From Octopus sinensis (Eukaryota): a DNA stretch of 64,000 nt. Under the pieces are notes generated by a model. It did not search any database, was not told the origin of the DNA, and saw only the letters and a list, made by a program, of their open reading frames with translations. The stretch lies in NCBI RefSeq assembly GCF_006345805.1, contig NC_043008.1, positions 75,454,001-75,518,000 of the forward strand. Direction: 5' to 3'. The translations under genes were made by a program, and so were the position numbers. Below, one piece after another: positions 49,431-62,600 of this stretch. Every line of letters begins with the position of its first letter. Positions within the stretch are counted from its first letter, which is position 1.

Positions 49431-50127
49431 AACGCGGTGGTTACTGTAAATCAATTAGTTTGATTTCCATAATTCAATGCATTACCCGCAGATTCAATTA
49501 ATTCTTATTGTATTAAACACTCTATATGGATTATTATAAATATGTGTTAAGAGAAATTTACTGAGTTAGACCGATAGTGTGAGACTTATCGTAAATATAA
49601 ACAAGTGACTGTTGTTACTTTATGTATGTATGTATGTATATATGTATGTATGTATATATGTATGCATGTATGTATGTATGTTTGTATGTATCTGTGCATG
49701 TATGTAGGCATTCATGTATGTATGCATTCATGTATGTATCTCTGAGTGCATGTACCATAGATTATGTAGCTTAAAGCTATTCATTACCATTCAATTTAGA
49801 GATTTCATTAAATTTTCAACTCATTTACATAAATTGATAATTTAATTCATGTTCTGGCCGATCGGAAGAGAGATACCGAGAACCGTTTGTTTATATGTGA
49901 ATAAGTCACAATGAGCGGGTCAATATTATGAAACTCACTGTAACAGGCTTCTAATATGTGCATGTGCCATACATACACATACGTAAGTATATATACATAT
50001 ATATGAGTGTGTGTGTGTGTGTGTGTTTGTGCGTGTGTGTGTGTGTGTATACTTCTTAAATATACTTCTACTCCTCTCTCCCTCTCTCTCTCTCTCTGTA
50101 TATATATATATATACATATATATATAT

Positions 50128-51400
50128 ACGGGTTGGGAGGAAAGTAACAAGGCATAAGAAATTGCTTATAGAATTTTTTAGTATCGCTGAAGTGATGACG
50201 AAAACATTTTAAAAATAAACAACACTAATGAAAATTTTCTTATCTTATTTCATATTTCTTATTTTCCAAATTTCCCGTCGATTGACTGTTCAGGAGCGAG
50301 ATAAGATAGCAGCACACTGTGGTGTGTGGAATTTCATTGTTTTGTTTCAGAGATGGTAGTGTGCATGGAAAGATAATCATGCAATAATTCGTCCGGAGAC
50401 AATGAAAGTTGCCATGCAAAGCTAATGACCACGGGCTCTGTGAACGATGCAAGAAATGGCCGTCCGACGTGGCAGCAATGCAGGAAATGTTTAATCGCAG
50501 CGAGCAAACATCAACACGTCAAGCAGATCATGAAAGTGGACTAACTAGACACACGATGCAAACGATATTGCATAAAAAAGTGAATTTTTGTCCGTTGAAA
50601 CCCCATTACGTGCAGGAGTCAAAACCTAAAGACTGAGACCGCAAAATGGAATATGGTTAGCTAATGCTAGGTTGGCATGAAGATTGGCCTGAACTGCTTG
50701 AATACGTCATCTGGAGCGACGAGGCTGTGTTTATATGTTGGTGGTTTCATCAATCGTCACAATTGTCATTATTGAACGTCGTATGATAAGGATCCGAACA
50801 TGACGGTTAATAGGACTAAAATTTCGACGGCATGACGGCAACAAGTGTCGTCGGACCATATCTTCTGTGTTACACCATGAATACGGACCTCTATCTTCAG
50901 ATGATCGAAAATCACGTGCGGCCCACGGCGTCTGGCTGGCATAACATTGGTGACTTGATATTCATGCAGGATGGTGCACCACCTAATTTTGCTCTTACTA
51001 TGCGTGCATGGTTAGAGACCAAACTTTTCCAAGACGTTGGATGGGACAATGCTGACCTCCTGAACGGCTTCGAAGGACTCCAGATCTCACTCCATGTGAT
51101 TTTTACTTGTGAGATTACACAAAAGAGGTGGTGTACATGATAAAACGTCGCACACTGGAGGACTTGGAGAACGGATTCAGTAGGTTCTCAATGATATCCT
51201 ATATGACGTCCTTCAGAATGTTGTTCATTCCATCCCTGGGCGTTTGAGTTAACTGTTTGGCGCATCCGGTTATTCCGTTGAAATATGAAGACTTACTTTC
51301 CCATGTAATATAGAATGTATCATTTGTTTCTATACATTTGTAAAAGGAATATGGATACTCTTAAAACTTTTAAATGCCTACTTACTTTTCATCCTTCATA
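50128..51400 (+). mobile_element. Tc1/mariner DD41D (rosa-type) transposon relic
   Basis: IWSDEA, FMQDGAPP and TPDLTPCDF, with 41 residues between the second and third D after removing a 2-bp insertion. Diverged TIRs (AAAGTAA..AGGCAT) in TA context. Confidence 0.85.
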
Positions 51401-51677
51401 TATATGGAGGTGCACTATCATAGCCACAGCCTTTGCACTGAAACATCTAAAATACATGTGTGTATTTGTCGTGTGTGTGTATGTGTGAGAGAGTGTGTGT
51501 GTGTGTGAGTGGAATATCCACTTTTCCTTGGATCAAAGGATTGTGTTTGGTTAAATGCCCTTCATGTCATCAACCCTCGCCTATTTTCAAGTAACATTTT
51601 GCGATGATGAAACACGCGTACAAGACAGACGTGTACAAGAACACCTCCTGTACGACAGTGACACTTCTTTGATATCA

Positions 51678-51857
<180 letters not shown>

Positions 51858-53189
51858 ATACATATATATACATAAAGATTCATATATATACATAGTTGAA
51901 ATTCATTGGAGAACAAAAGACAAAGACAGGTGTATGAAGAACAAACATGTATATTAGTTTGATGCTCGGGTAAAATGAAATTTTTTACGTTTTTGCTACG
52001 TATTTACTAATTAAAATTTTCGCTTATCAGTCATATTTTGGATAAGGATTGAATCTCTCCTTCTCAGCTTTTAAGTGATATATACATAGCACTTGAATAA
52101 ATATTAACTACCGGGATCTTGTTTCCATTACATCCCTATAACTTTGGTTATTATTTATATATTTATGCGTGTACAGATTGATAGATAGTGAGTAATACTG
52201 AGTAATATTATTTGGTGTAAAACACACATTCTAATATTTATGACTGTAGTTATATTAAGAACCGAAAAAGGTTTATTACTTTTCTTGATATATTTCATTT
52301 GGGAATTTGAAGATAATCTAGGAAGCAAAAGGGTACTCAAATGATCCTTTCTTTTGATGATATATTATCTCAGACCTTAGGTGTTCAATATGCTTAATGA
52401 ACATAGGCAGTCACATGGTCTTCATGAATTATTGAGTGGTGATTAGCCATGTTGATTGGAATTGTGAGCAAACTTTTTCCATCCTATTCGCGTGATAAAT
52501 CTTCCAGGTTTCCCGCACTGTATCATGTAGAAATAGGATTATTTCCAATTGGAATATTTCCAACTCTTATGATAAATTGTAAAACGCTTATTAATTTGCA
52601 TTACATACCATGATTCCTACATACTTGTCATCATTCTGAAAACTAATGACACGATATACACGCAATTTACAAAGTTTGCATCCTCAGATGAGCCCGACGG
52701 CTCAAGTGCATATATATACATATACACACGCTTGCCTGGACACAGACGCATATTCTTTTATTTGTTCCAGTTATTTGACTTAATTATGTTTATAATTATA
52801 AAAAAACTTTTTGTATAAATTTTTACCGATAATATTTTCTTTTTCCATACCAGTCTACCTAGTAAAATTATTAATTATAAATTAATAATTTTTACCCTAT
52901 ATCTATAATATATATATATATTAAATTCAAATTACGATGAACGTAAACAAGCAAACGTAGTTTGCTTTAGAAGCGTTGAGATGTCTTAGAAAGATAAAGA
53001 AGTGATTTTAAATTCTCAAACGCAGGATAATGCTAATAATATAGCCTGAACAGGATAAGCTTACCCTATTTTTGCAGAAAACAATGTTGGCAGCCAGCTA
53101 TGGTACTCAAACTCACACGTTCGTGATTACGCGTCGCAGTGCGATGAACCATTAAAGCTAAACGGCCCACACCAAATAAGTGTTGGCGG

Positions 53190-53252
53190 ACTGAACGCAG
53201 AACAATGTGGTTGAGAAGCAAGCTTCTTAGCACACAGCCACTCCTGCGCCTA
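53190..53252 (-). mobile_element. SINE family B head fragment
   Basis: CACACAGCCACTCCTGCGCC is the reverse complement of the family B head. Confidence 0.75.
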
Positions 53253-53472
53253 TATGTATATGTGAGTAAATATGTATGTGTGTATTTGTATATATTTACT
53301 TGGGCATGAATAATCCCGATAAATTCCACTAGAATAGTGAAGTCATAGTGAAATATTAAAACATTTAACACCTAGACAATATTGAATAGCTCTACATCCA
53401 TGCATGTATATGTATGAATCTGTATTTCTATAACTGTAGCTAGGTAATACTCACATACACATGCAGATATAA

Positions 53473-53545
<73 letters not shown>

Positions 53546-54007
53546 CATATTTCTATATGAAGATAATTTAAATAGAGATATACTATTGATAATACAATAA
53601 TTTATATTATAATATTACATGATATACTATGAATATAATATAAGATAATATTATATAACAAACAATTATTAAAAAAACATAAAAGGTCAACAAATTGTTT
53701 GGACTTATATACATTTTCCGATATACATACACAATAAGAGTTCCCTTATATATAAGACATTTCATGGTCATGGTTTAAAGATAGACGAAATTCCGTGTGA
53801 AAGGACGGCTGTAATTCAAATGTCTATGTATTATAAGCGTTGACTATTCAATCATACATCAATTACAATTAAAAATAAAACAGCAAAAATCATATCGTGA
53901 ACATGTAAGGGTTTCGATTGGAATGTGTTTCAGATGTAATAAAGTGAATTTCGATGGTCGTGGATTGCAATTACTTGGCTGTATCGTCCGTTAGAGTGTT
54001 TTTTGTT

Positions 54008-54678
54008 TTCTTCCATGCGTGTTGAATGATCAATGTTTACCTTGATGCGAAATGATTGTATAATGTATGAATGAAGTGGTTAATACAGAACTAGTTTCGT
54101 GTTTAATGCACAAATCAAATAAATCAATTTTAAAAATTAATATAATTTAAATTTGAAACATAATACAATCTTCAGCTGTATACTCCGTATTTTGTGAAAA
54201 AATATGTATTACATTAAAATATTTTTACCTTAATTCATCCACCTCAATTCGTAATTCAAGGTACTCAACTATTTCAAAATAGTTGAAGAGAAATAAAAAG
54301 TTATGCTTCTTCGTTCACCATTCAACACGCTTCTAACATGCTGTTGAGCCAACGGCGGCAAATTACGTATATGTAGAGAAACATAAACCAAGGGAGAAGA
54401 GCCGTTAAAAACTTATCTTCCATGCGTGTCAAATGATCAATGTTTAAATAAAACATCAGCAATTCTCCTTGAATGATTGTAGAAAGCGGACGAGATGTAT
54501 GAAGTTTATTTCAAAGTTACCGTGATTAATACAGAAATAGTTCCATGTTTAATTCACAAATTTCGAAATTTAATTTTTAAAATTAATTCAATTTAAATTT
54601 GAAACTTATTACAATCTTCAGCTCTATACCCCGTATTTTGTGAAAAAAATATGTATAACATTAAAATATATTTACCGT
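54008..54678. repeat. Diverged direct duplication (54010-54230 vs 54418-54678)
   Basis: Shared TTCCATGCGTG..AATGATCAATGTTTA and AATTTAAATTTGAAAC..ACAATCTTCAGCT..CCGTATTTTGTGAAAAAA. Confidence 0.8.
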
Positions 54679-55216
54679 TTTAAAGCACGCCTTGCTACCA
54701 CGTAACAGGTATTTCGGGTCTTTTATCGCAGACAGCTGTTTCGTGGTAGCGGAGCATGCTAGAAATAGCAGCCAAATCTTTGGAGGTGAGATACGTTGAA
54801 TGTACTCGAAAAAAATTTTGGAATAGTATTTCTTTGGCGCGATCTCTCGCTTTGACTATCAGAGCTGTCAACCGGATCAGCTGGCTTTGACTATCAGAGC
54901 TGTCAACCGGATCAGCTGGCTTTGTTCGTTAATTTTCGTAATTTTTTTTTATCTACTTACCTTTGTTTTAAAGTGAGAGCGAGGATCAAGTGAAAGATAT
55001 ATAAATGCGTATATGAAATGGACGTGTGTGTGTGTATGTGTGTGTGTGAGAGAGAGACAGTGTGTGTGTGTGTGTATCACTTACACATAGATGAGAACAA
55101 AAAGGTTCCCTTACTCTCTCAGTTTACCTTTCTCTCATGCGCACGCACATACAAAAAATGTACGCATACGAATTGCTGTGTGTATGTATACATGGCAACA
55201 CATCATCTTCACTCAC

Positions 55217-55257
<41 letters not shown>

Positions 55258-55925
55258 TTCGCTCACACGCGCCCATTTCATATACACGTACATATATCTT
55301 CCTCTTTCTTCTCTCTTTCACTTTAAATGAAAAGTAAATCAATAAATTTTTTTATGGAAATTAAAGACCTGAAAATAATTTAAAATACATTAAAATATTG
55401 TCTGTTTAAAGAAAGCTAAAACATAAATAGTTACACTACAAACAGCTTACATTTTTAAAATCACATTCATTAAAAAATTTTCTGAGTGATTATAATATTG
55501 TGTATGTCAAAAATTCGACGATTATTTTTCTTGGAGGTCCCGAAGCCTATGTGTGTGTGTTGATTGACACCCCATGACATTCATTATATGTGCGTATATT
55601 CTGAATGTGTATATGAGTATTGACGTCACGATTATACACAAAAATTGTGTTTACTAGTTTTCATTAACAAATAGCGATCCCAATGTCACTAAAATTTGTA
55701 CTGCAATTCCGAAGGTAAGTAAGAAAATAATTATGCAAAACAAATTAAGATAAAAATATACTACTTCTGAGATATTTCGGGTACACACAACCATCCCTAT
55801 AGTTTTATTATATATATATGAATATATTCGTTTACTTTTTTCAACCATTTGATTTCGGCCATGCTGGAGCACCGCTTTTAGTCGAACAAATGAACCCCTC
55901 GACTTAGTGAATGTGAACTTAGTAC

Positions 55926-58270
55926 TTATACTGTCAGTAGAGCGGAAATGGCGCGAGACTGGGGTGTCACTGCCGAGTCAATGTCTCGGAGGTGTTCCAC
56001 GAACCGGTCAGCCAAGCGACGTCCCGTTTGTCTGATGTATAGAGAAAGGGAAAGAGAACAGGAGATGCAGTAGATGACGTTGCTAGGAGTGCAGGTGAAG
56101 CAGTCGATATTATGATACGGTCGATGATGGGTACCTGTGAGGAAGGTGGTGTTGGAGAGGTAAGGGTAAGTGCGGTAGCGTGAGCGGGAGCAGAGGAATG
56201 AGCCGGGCTGGGAAGTTGGGTTAGGGAAGAATCTGTGGACCAAGAGGTCTTGTAGGTTGTGGGCTCGTTTGAAGGAGGTGAAGGGTCGGTTAGGGAAGAT
56301 GTGCGAAGTGGATGTGTCGGACTGGGTCGCCGGAAAGCTCGGAGAATGGTGCGTGCAGAGGTAGGGTGGTGGGTTGGTAGGTGAGGGAATGGGAGACGCG
56401 AAACAGTGGGGCAGGTGCGGCAGGAGAGAGCAGATTCACGGTCCACGGGACGTGCTCTGGCAAGGGCGGTGGGAATAGTGGTGAGAGGATATCCACGTAG
56501 GATGAAGTGGTGAGCCATGAGTTGAGACTGAGACTCAAAGTCATGGTCGTCAATGCAGAGCCTGCGTAGACGGAGGAGTTGAGAATAGGGGATGGAGATT
56601 TGGTGTGTTTAAGGTGGGAGGAGGAGAAGTTGAGGTATGAGTGTGAGTCTGTGTGTTTTTGTAGTGGATAGAGGTGGTGAGAGTGGAGTGATGAATGCTG
56701 ACTGAAATGTGAAGAAAGGAGAAAGAAGTATCAGAGATAGTGCTGAAGAAGTGGATGGCAGTCTGGAAAGATTTGACAAAAGATAGGAAGGAGTCTAGAT
56801 GTTCGCGGGAGAGTGAGGTCGCACTGATACAGTCGTCACTATAATGGCAGCATAGTTCGGGAGTGGGACCAGTGAAACTTGAGAATATTTGGGCTTAAAC
56901 GTAGCCAACGAACAGGTTCGCATAGTTGGGTCCCATTCTTTTCCCCATGGCCACTCCCGAGAACTGCTAGTGAAAATCACCAGTGAACGAGAAGCAGTTG
57001 AGTGAGAGGACAAGTTCGTCCAGACGAACGAGAGTGGATGCGTCAGGTTCGGGATAGGGTCGAAGGTCACGGAAATTTTGGAGAGCACGCAGTCCCTCGT
57101 GGTAAGAGATCAACGTGTAAAGTCACTGGGTGTCGAGAGTCAAGAGAAGCTTAGAGGAGCCAGGAGGGAATGAGAAAGAGTTGAACAAACGAAGCGCATG
57201 GTTGGGGTCATGGATGTGAGATAGGAGGGGAGCCACTGGGGGCAAGGACACGGTTAAGGTATCTGGAGAGGGGTTCGGTGGGGAAGTTGCAGGCGGAGAC
57301 GGTGGGGCGGCCACAGTTGCTAGGTTTGTGGATTTTGGTGAGGAAGTAAATTGTGGGTGTGCGAGGGATTCGAACAATGAGGTTGGAGGCGGTGGGGAAG
57401 GTGGAAGGCGGTGAGAGGAAGAGATGAGGTCATGGATTGTGGAGGACACAGTCTGTTGGTAGCTGGGCGTGGGATCGGAGGGCAGAGGGCATTAGAGGTG
57501 TCTTGAAGTTGGCAGAGAGCTTATGCGTTTTAGATTCCGCGCGCCAAACCACCACGGCTCCACCCTTGTCGGCGAGTTTTATGATGATGTCAGTGCGGTG
57601 TCGGATTGGAATGTGTTGAAGAGAAAAAAAAAGTCATGCTTCTTCGTTTACAATTCAACACGCTTCTAACATGCCGTTGAACCAACGGGCCGAGAGTTCG
57701 GTTGGGGAGATGATCAGATGATGGGTACGCCTGGAAAAGTTGAACCGTTCCACAGCGCGCTGGCAGGCGCCCGCAAAAGTATCGACTGTTCGGATCTGGT
57801 CAGGAGCTGGCGTCCATTGGGATGGTCAACAGCCAAGGTCGGTGAAGCAGTCCTCCTCGTTAGATGAAGGTGGAGTGTCGCGGAAAAGCGCACACGACCT
57901 GATACGGCGCACGAAGCTGTGGATATCGGCCCGTGTCCGCAATTCGTTGCTGGATGGAGCGAAGGGGATGAAGCGTAGACCCCTACTCAGGAGGAAGCGC
58001 TCCGCCTCAGAGAGAGGAAAATCTGGAGGGATGGTAACAACAGACTGAAGTGGAGGAGTGGATGGGATAGAAGTACGAGTAGTGGGATGGTGGAAGACTT
58101 GGAGGGAGGGGATGGGGGTATGTGTCGGGGGTTTGGAGGGACGGGGGTTGGAGTGGGTGGGAGAAGCATATCAGGCAAGGAGAGGGGTAGGGGAGGAGTT
58201 GGGGTAGTGCGCATATTATTGTGCAGGATAAAAATTGTGTTACTTGAAATAATTATTTGCACACGCAAAT
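55926..58270 (-). mobile_element. Penelope-like element, near full ORF span, heavily frameshifted
   Basis: LLSRGLRFIP, DIIIKLADKGGAVVVW, SHIHDPNHAL..LLTLD, GVAMGKRMGPNYANLFVG, SDDCI and NVIYCISC..LYIRQTGRRLADRFVEHLR. Confidence 0.92.
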
Positions 58271-58407
58271 AAATTATATATACACACGCATTCACATATA
58301 TCATATATCTATACACTTTAAATCCTACATCCATCTACTTACAAAGTAATTTCCAAGCACATACATGCAAATGTAAATATTCATATATAAATCCGTGCTA
58401 CGATATA

Positions 58408-58462
<55 letters not shown>

Positions 58463-58639
58463 ATGTATGAATGTATGTATGTATATATATATATATATAA
58501 TATATATATATATATATACATTTGTGCACATGTGTAACTGTATGTACACGCACACAAACACACACACACACAAATATGTATTATGCGTATGTGAATATGT
58601 ATATATATACATTTGTGTACATATGTAACTGCATGTACA

Positions 58640-58701
<62 letters not shown>

Positions 58702-59499
58702 ATATATGCACACATACATATATGTATATGTATTATTGTATATATAAACATATGTTCATTCTGCTGGAATGGAGATTCCCCGAAGAAATATGTATAGGCC
58801 ACGAAATAACAATCTTTAAATTCCCAAATCAAATATAATTAATATTTGTTTAAATAAATGAGGAATAACGGAGCAAACATCAATTGATTATCATATAGTT
58901 TCATAGATATATATTGTGAATTAATGGAGTGAGCGGCACGATTGTTGATGAATAAAGAGAAAAATATCGAAGTGTAAAGAAATGTTCGACGATATATTTG
59001 TCATGTACTGCGGAAAATAAATTTAGGGGCTTTGTATATTAGAATAATATAGAATCTATTGAGGATTTTGTTGAGACTGATGTTAAGTTAATATGCTATT
59101 AGATAACCCAAGAAGAGGTGACAGTTTCAATTCTTTGTACTTGCCTTTCCATTAAGTGTGTGGTAAAAGCGTATTAAATTTACCTTCTTCGGGATAAGAG
59201 GCTAATATATGCATTAGCAATATGACAAGAATTTATTATAAACTTGGTAGGTTCTCCCTTTTCTGTAGAGATAGAAAGAAATGGAAAAAGTTCCTCGTTC
59301 TAATCTCATACCATATGAAGCGCGTTTGTTATGCTATGTCTATTCCGTAATGATTAATGTCTACGAAGCTGACGAATGCTCCCTTAAACCTCAATTTACG
59401 AATCGATGTTTCGGATACTCTGTGATGTAAATTGTATTCAGAAATTATATAAAATTATCATTTAAAATATTTTTGACTCGCTAATTAACACCTGCCATA

Positions 59500-60000
59500 T
59501 ATGCATGCATGTATATAGAATTTCACTTGTTTTCTCAGGTTTTCCTATCAATGACATTTGTCTAAGCAACTTGACATATCCCTTTGGTCGGATATTGTCC
59601 GTAATAAAGGGCCGAATCTAAATACCCTCATGTGGATTGGAATAATGATCTCCACTTCGAACATATCACGAATTTGCCGCCATGTCATTATAAATAAAAA
59701 TGTGATGACGAGCTTCCAGATCTAGTGTGTCTCCAAGTTTATCTCATTAAATGTTTTTCTGACACACTGCTTCCGATGAATCTTGGATTAATTTCAGTAT
59801 TAGTGACAGGCTATATCTGGTAGTGCCTCTTCAATAGAGATCATTCTCCTGCAGATAGAGAAAGGCTGCCTGGTTAAATCTACCGATGTACCTTTTTTAT
59901 TACCATGTCCAACCGTGGTCATTGATTTTCAACTGGACTAACAACAGTAATATAATTGATGGTGAGCTCTAATGTATGACATGCAGTTTCGTCTCCAACT
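59500..60000 (-). pseudogene. Possible very old PLE GIY-YIG relic
   Basis: KRYIG... and IWKL...TW fragments in different frames, with a hammerhead-like relic downstream at 59400-59455. Confidence 0.25.
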
Positions 60001-60437
60001 TATTCTAAGTTCTTGGCATTGCCATGGGGAGGCAACAATTCATTAAGCCATGAAGATTGCAGCTGTTAGTGTCAATGTAATTGAAAACAGACCTCATGTT
60101 CTATTGAGTACATATATCCATAATACTTTTATATTGTTGTAATAATAATAGAAGTGATTATTTTTATGTTAGGCAATAATACTTTTAAGGAGAAAGGCAG
60201 GAGAATCTGTTGTTCAATGGAAAATGTCTTGTGGTGTTTACTTGTTCCCCTTTACATTATGATTTCAATTTTCTGCTAATTCGATTGTGGCTTTTGTGTC
60301 TAATATGTGACTGCACATGATCCCGAAGTTAATAAGGACAAAGTCACAGCACTTTAAACTTTTGTTACTTTATGTTTGAAATCATTACTGTTGTTGATGT
60401 TTTAGTTGCATAAGTCAGTATTTGGAAAAATGTTATA

Positions 60438-60888
60438 CAAGGTGTCCCAGAATTAACAATCCATTTCAGTTAAATCGGATAATTTTTGGAAATCTCACAT
60501 TTTTCTTTATAATTTTATAGTTTTCATAATTTCTTTTATAATTATATTTTCATTCCTCTTCCATCCCACTCATCTGTCCACACCAGCTTTTTTTTCTCAA
60601 TTTAGCACCAATCATTTTCTTTACATCCATCCCTAGGCTGGAGCAATTTAGCTGAAATAAAGAACGCATTCAGTTTTGCAGTGCAGGAGATAACTCCTGA
60701 AATGCTTCAAAATGTATTTCGCAACCTTAAGGACAGATTTGAAATTTGCAAGGATAGAGATGGAGCACCTATTGAAGATTTATAAATCTATTTGTTCTGT
60801 GAGCATAATTAAGTAATAATCATAAAATTTTGTCATATTTTAAAATTGCCCAGCTTTATGGAAATTGATAGTTAAGTCTGGGACACTG
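60438..60888 (+). mobile_element. Tc1/mariner deletion derivative (MITE-like)
   Basis: TIRs CAAGGTGTCCCAGAATTAAC and GTTAAGTCTGGGACACTG, flanked by TA. Retains the transposase C-terminus ITPEMLQNVF...RFEIC...G..IEDL*. Confidence 0.85.
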
Positions 60889-61739
60889 TATTTTGTCTCA
60901 CGTACTTGTAATTTCTGGAGCTTAATCTGATATGTTTTTCATCAATTAGAGATGCGCTTAACTGTTATTTATCGATTCTATTTAGAGCAAGTATAAATTA
61001 TTATTTGATATTTGCTGAGGGATGTCGAGAAGTTCTTTCCAGAATATTGGCAAAAACAAAAAAGAAGTCTTATTCGGGGCAAAGAAAATAAAATGAATGC
61101 CGTTTTTCTACTTGAATCAATTAGCAAAATATCAATGAAAATTCCACTATTAAAAATATTAATAACATAGATACTGACATAACTGTATAATTTCAATATA
61201 GACTTCAAGGACAGCAGAAACAATAGATGATAGAGGCCACGTGAACTGAAAAATAAAGTATTATTTATTATCAAAGACGACTGCAAACACTAAAATATAT
61301 TAATGCCAGTCAACCAGGTAGACATAAAGCTGAGTGTAATTTGACAGCTGAAATAATGGAGTAAATACCGCCTCAGAGAATTAATGAATATTTAAAGCAT
61401 TTAAAAATTACTCTCAAAAGAAATATAAAGTCAACATAAAATACTTCTTGAAAAGGTGATCTGTAAACTGATTTACTTCTTCCATCTCTCAAAGATCATA
61501 ATTCAAATGTCACCGAGGTTAGATTTGCATATCATCAATGGTCGACAAAAAAAAAACACCAGTGAAGTATTGAGGACGATGATATCGAATGACCACTTCC
61601 CCTCAAACTTCTGGCATTGTGCTTAAATCATTAACCATTATTATTCACATAATACTATATTTAGTACATACAGACTTTCAACATTCAATGAATTTAAGTA
61701 CATTGATTTCAGTTACATCACAATGGTGTAGTTCGGCTA

Positions 61740-62135
61740 GGGCGGCGAGCTGGCAGAAATTTTAGCACGCCGGACGAAATGCGTAGCCGTATTTCGTCTG
61801 CCGTTACGTTCCAAGTTCAAATTCCGCCGAGGTCGACTTTGCCTTTCATCCTTTCGGGATCGATAAATTAAGTACTAGTTACGCACTGGGGTCCATATAA
61901 TCGACTTAATACGTTTGTCTATCCTTGTTTGTCCTCTCTGTGTTTGGCCCTTTGTGGGTAGAAAAGAAATAGGTAGTTCGTGTGTCTTTATATTCTGAGT
62001 TCAAATTCCGCCGAGGTCGAATTTGCCTTTTATCCTTTCGGGGTCAATAAATGAAGTGCCACTTGTGTACTGGGGTCGATCTAATCGACTGGCTCCTCCC
62101 CCAAAATGTCGGGTCTTCTGCCTCGGGTAGAAAAG
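61740..62135 (+). mobile_element. SINE family A full copy followed by a second partial copy
   Basis: Full copy at 61740-61972, then the TTCTGAGTTCAAATTCCGCCGAGGTCGA body repeats at about 61990. Confidence 0.88.
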
Positions 62136-62224
62136 AATATTGTAGTTTGGCCAATAATACATATTTCTGTAACATTATTACAACCCAAATTTGTTACCAT
62201 TCTATTTCCTCTTACAACACATTC

Positions 62225-62600
62225 TTTTATTCTTTAACTTGTTTCAGTCATTTGACGGCGGCCATTTTGGAGCACCATCTTTAGTCGAACAAATCGATCC
62301 CAGGACTTAGTCTTTGTAAGCCTAATACTTATTCTATCGTTCTCTTTTGCCGAACCGCTAGGTAAACGCATCAATATCGGTTTGGTGGCGGGACAAACAC
62401 AAACACACACTAATACATACATACATATGTATATACTGCAGACCTCTTTCAGTTTCCGCCTACCAAATCCATTCACAAAGCTTTAATCGGCCCGAGTCTA
62501 TAGTAGAAGACACTTGCCCAAGGTGCCACGCAGTGGGACTGAATCCGGAGCAATGTAGTTGAGAAGCAAGCTTCTTACCACACAGCTACGACTACGCCTA
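62225..62600 (-). mobile_element. SINE family B
   Basis: Reverse complement of the 30007 family (GTTTCAGTCATTTGAC...TTGCCCAAGGTGCCACGCAGTGGGACTGAA). Confidence 0.88.
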
